Assembly: GCF_963506605.1 (NCBI RefSeq)
Contig: NC_083288.1
Span: forward strand, 28,892,001-28,956,000
Direction of reading: 5' to 3'
DNA: 64,000 nucleotides
Origin: Zootoca vivipara
Lineage: Eukaryota
A program made the position numbers and the translations under genes. Of the stretch, positions 59,892 to 64,000 are shown in pieces. Within the stretch, counting starts at the first letter, position 1. The number at the start of each line of letters is the position of its first letter. The notes beneath the pieces were generated by a model that was not told the DNA's origin, searched no databases, and was given only the letters and a program-made list of their open reading frames with translations.

Positions 59892-62800
59892 ATGGTGATG
59901 TTTCTGGTGATGCTTCTTCTACTCCCACCTCACATGGCATGCAAGGCTCACATACTGAACTGTCATGTCCATGATCCACACCCTCCACTTCACAAGTATC
60001 ATCAGTCAGGAGACCTCATCTTTGGTGGCATAGTTTCTCACAGCTACATCATCTCCAATGCCTTAGCCTTCACTGAAGAACCCCCACAGGTACTACGCGA
60101 AGAGCTTGTGTAAGGGATTCCCATCTTTGTTCATTTGAACACTCTGCCCTATACAGTAGCTCAAACCTTACACATGTGTCTTGTATCTTTTTTTTTTTAC
60201 TTTCACAAAAAGAATCAAGCTAAACAGGTAATTTCCCAGATGCTCAGCCAGAGAAGGACAAGCAGATGAGAAATTTTTGTGGATACATAAATCAGATAAT
60301 TGCATTCTCTGAATGCAGGAGCATAGAGAAATCACCCACCAGTGCTCCACAATCTTTAAATTTTAGAAAAAGAACATGCAAAATTTTGGCTTTTTGCCTA
60401 TAAAATGAGCAGGGTGGTTTCAGCATTATCATCATCATCGTTATCAATTTTATTTCATGCAATATTATTAGATCTATTTATTTATTTTTAAATTACTACT
60501 ACAGTGGTACCTCAGGTTCAGAACTTAATTTGTTCCAGAGGTCTGTTCTTAACTTGAACCGGTTCTTAACCTGAGGCACACTTTCGCTAATGGGGCTTTC
60601 CGCTGCCACCGTGCAACTGGAGCACAATTTTCGTTCTTATCCTGGAGCAAAGTTCTTAACCTGGAGCAACCATTTCCTGGTTAGCAGAGTTTGTAACCTG
60701 AAGCGCCTGCAACCTGAGGTACCACTGTACTACATCGGTTAAAAAGCAGTAATGATCATTTTACACAATGTAAGATATCTTTCTGATGCAGATTGCAATT
60801 CTCATTCTAGCGTGGTGCCTAAGAATTACCAGCACGTCCTGGCCTTGGCATTTGCCGTAAAGGAGATCAATGGCAACCCTCAGATCTTATCCAACACAAC
60901 CTTGGGCTTCCACATATTTGACAGCTATTTCATGGCAAGGGGAACTTATCATGCCACACTGCTCCTTACGTCCAGCCCAGAGAAATTGGTTCCCAACTAC
61001 AAATGTGACACTCAGAATAATTTGATAGGTGTCATTGGGGGACTTGACCCCCTAACCTCTCTTCATGCAGCAACAGTCTTGGATATCTACAAAATTCCAC
61101 AGGTATATCAGTCTTGGTGCTGAGCACGGTGGGTTTAAGGGGTTTTCCCCCTCATGCTTGTATGGCCAACCATATTTCACTTTGTGGTTTAGAGGCTAAA
61201 ATATGTAAACTGGTGTTGTGAAGAAAAACATAACCTTAAATAAAACACCCTGAATTTATTAATACAATTCAGAAAAACAAAAGAACATACTTTTTCATTC
61301 CTCTAGTGGTTTCAACATTTGAGCTTTTAGAGAATTGAGGGTCTGCTTGAAAGTAGCCGGTCACTCTCCAAAAGGAGGTTAGATGCATTAACTCAGAGCA
61401 GAGAAGAAGGTGATTTAACAGAGCTCTGGTTTTGTTAATCTTCATAGAAGAAAATGATTGAGATATACATTGAATCAGCCACAAATCTTTGGGCAAGAGT
61501 GTACAAAAGACACCAGGGAACTAAAGGTCATTCATCTGCTTTAAAAATAGTCATATATTCAGTTCTCCAGCTCTAGGTCTCAAAATTCCATTTGAGAGTG
61601 TCCATTCATAAATAAAATAGAACACATGTCTCAATAAATATTTTGCATTCATTAATTGAACCATAGGGACCCAACTCCATAAGCCATGATAATTTATTTA
61701 TTTATTATTACTCAAAACTGCTTGATGGTTAAGAAAACCTCAAAAGCAGTTCAGAGAAGATAAAACAATAAAATCAAGAGGGGGAAATCAAAACCATATC
61801 TTAAAAAGATATAAAAGTTAGAATACTGCAACAATTTAAAATGACCTCATCTTTCTAAGCGTCTGAGTGGTCTAATTTTTTTTTTAAATGTTCTTAGCAG
61901 CAACTAAAAAGACCACAGTGAGGCTGACTGCTTGATCTAAACAGGCAGGGAGTTTCAAAGTGTAGACACTGCCAACCATACAATCCTCTTAAAAATGCAG
62001 AACAGATATTATAGCGGTCACATAAGAACATGTGGAAGATGGTAGTTCTCGTACTTCTGTAGTTTTGTTTGTTCTGCTGCTCTACATTTTTAAATGTATG
62101 CAGAAAAACTTGCTGGATATAACCATTAAAACATTCCTATTTATTCTGTTCCATTTTGAACCCTTGTCCCCTTAGCTCACATATGGCCCTGCTCCCATCA
62201 TGCACGACAAAACTCCAGGCCTCTCCTTCTACCAAATGGTCCCACAAGAAGCCCTCCAGTATGAGGGGATTCTCTCCTTACTTCTGTATTTCAAGTGGAC
62301 ATGGATTGGGCTCCTTACAATGGATCTTGAGAATGGAGAACAATTTGTGCAAACAGTGGTTCCAATGTTTTCCTCCAGTGGTATCTGTTTTGCCTTCATA
62401 GAAAGAATGTCCAAAGTATCTTTTATCACTGAAGTACAAGATTTGATACAAGAGGGTGCAAAAATATGTGATAAAATAATGGGTAGCAAAGCCAAAGTGA
62501 TGGTCCTCTATGGAGAATCTTACTCAATGATATTTCTTAGATGGTTTCCATATTTATCAGAAGAAAAAGAAGAGATGAGAGAGGATGCAAGAGGTAAAGT
62601 GTGGATAATGACAGCCCAGATGGAGCTGACCTCTGCAGCTTTTCAAAGGTCTTGGGATACACAAATAATCCATGGGGCTCTGTCTTTCACAATTCATTCA
62701 AATGCTCTACCAGAATTTCACAAATTTCTTGAGCACGTAAGTCCTTGCACCACAAAAGGAGATTATTTCATCAAGGACTTCTGGCAACAGGCCTTTGCTT

Positions 62801-63431
62801 GTGTCTTCCCAAGTATAGTCACAGATGTTATGGATCAGAATATTTGCACTGGAGAGGAGAACCTGAGAATGCTTCCAACACCTTTGTTTGAAATGAGCAT
62901 GACGGGCCATAGCTATTGTATATACAATGCTGTCTATGCCATGGCCCATGCTCTCCATGCCATGTTCTCATCCAGACTCAATTCAAGATTACTGGAAGAC
63001 AATGGGAAGGTGGAATCTCAGATTTATCAGCTGTGGCAGGTAATGTGGCCAGATTTCCCTTCAGACCGTGTGCCATAAATTGGTGTTAAAATAGTGCAGT
63101 AAACTATCCCCCTGATGGTTCTGGTCCTTGTGAGATGCACTTAACATTGTCTTCATCTGTAAAACTGATGTACACCCCTCTTTTCTCTCTTTTCAAAATC
63201 TAGTTCCATCATTTCCTCAGAGGTGTGTCATTTAATAATAGTGCAGGAGACACAGTTTCCTTCAACCAGAAGGGGGAGTTGGAAGCTGGGCTTGATGTTA
63301 TTAATTGGATTGCCTCGGAGAACCAATCCTTTCATAAAGTTCAAGTTGGCAGGATGGATCCGCAGACTTCTTCGGGTGAAGTGTTCACCATCCATGAGAA
63401 TGCTATAACATGGCACAAGTGGTTTAACCAG
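59892..63431 (+). CDS. Vomeronasal type-2 receptor (V2R), gene E, exons 1-4 (continues past window); close paralog of B
   Basis: Exons 59892-60109, 60811-61102, 62176-63039, 63204-63431. GT-AG; sizes 218/292/864/228 in frame. Confidence 0.9.
60502..60727. mobile_element. Tc1/mariner (Tigger-like) MITE
   Basis: TA-CAGTGGTACCTCAGGTT...AACCTGAGGTACCACTG-TA. Confidence 0.88.
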
Positions 63432-63663
63432 GTACAATCTGATTGCAGCTATTTTCAGTGTTGATTGTAAACACAGATTCTCTGCATAATGATGTGTTTT
63501 TAATTTATGGAGAATTTGGGAACTGATTTTACAAAGTACACTTCATGAAATTCCTCTTCAGAAGCTCTTTGATTTTATTCATGGATAAGTTGTTGGGTGA
63601 ACAAAAATATGCATCTTTGCATTGAATATATGTAAAATATTGATCATTGGTTGTATTCTAAAG

Positions 63664-64000
63664 TTAAAGGTAAAGGGGCCCGTGACCATCAGGTCCAGTC
63701 GTGTCCGACTCTGGGGTTGCAGCGCTCATCTCGCTCTATAGGCCGAGAGAGCCGGCATTTGTCTGCAGACAGCTTTCGGGTCATGTAGCCAGCATGACAA
63801 AGCTGCTTCTGGCGAACCAGAGCAGTGCATGGAAACACCATTTACCTTCCCAACAGAGCGGTCCCTATTTATCTACTTGCACTTTGATGTGCTTTCAAAC
63901 TGCTAGGTGGGCAGGAGCTGGGACCGAACAACAGGAGCTCACCCCGTTGCAGGGATTCGAACCGCCGACCTTCTGATCAGCTAGACTCTGTGGTTTAACC
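63664..64000 (-). mobile_element. Sauria/POM-type SINE (runs to window end)
   Basis: AAAGGTAAAGGGG tail and SINE core in reverse complement. Confidence 0.85.

Noticed and set aside
2334-63431. Assigning CaSR, T1R or a specific Vmn2r gene symbol
   Set aside because: Six-exon layout, very short C-tail and tandem expansion indicate lineage-specific V2Rs without one-to-one named orthologs.

Overview
Vertebrate nuclear DNA, most likely a lacertid lizard (inferred from Sauria/POM-type SINEs, BovB, Squam3-like SINEs, L2 and Penelope repeats). The window is a tandem cluster of + strand vomeronasal type-2 receptor genes (V2R, class C GPCR). It has four complete six-exon genes (A 2334-14023, B 15908-27611, C 30070-37814, D 41877-50308) and a fifth gene (E, from 59892) running off the end after exon 4. 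It also has an exon-6 pseudogene and exon-1/exon-2 relics. A~C and B~E are close paralog pairs. Introns and spacers hold many TE insertions with readable target-site duplications (TSDs). Main observations: (1) a conserved ~60-100 bp upstream module before every intact V2R, absent from the dead first exon; (2) reciprocal loss of two first exons, making gene B a probable chimera, plus a conserved 81-nt in-frame mini-exon; (3) minimal hammerhead ribozymes in Penelope-like insertions; (4) a 2.4-kb open but catalytically degenerate Copia-like ORF; (5) an L1 5'UTR/ORF1 stub directly upstream of gene B's 7TM exon; (6) a near-identical 737-bp tandem duplication. Coordinates and alignments were read by eye, and TE family names come from recognition rather than database searches.
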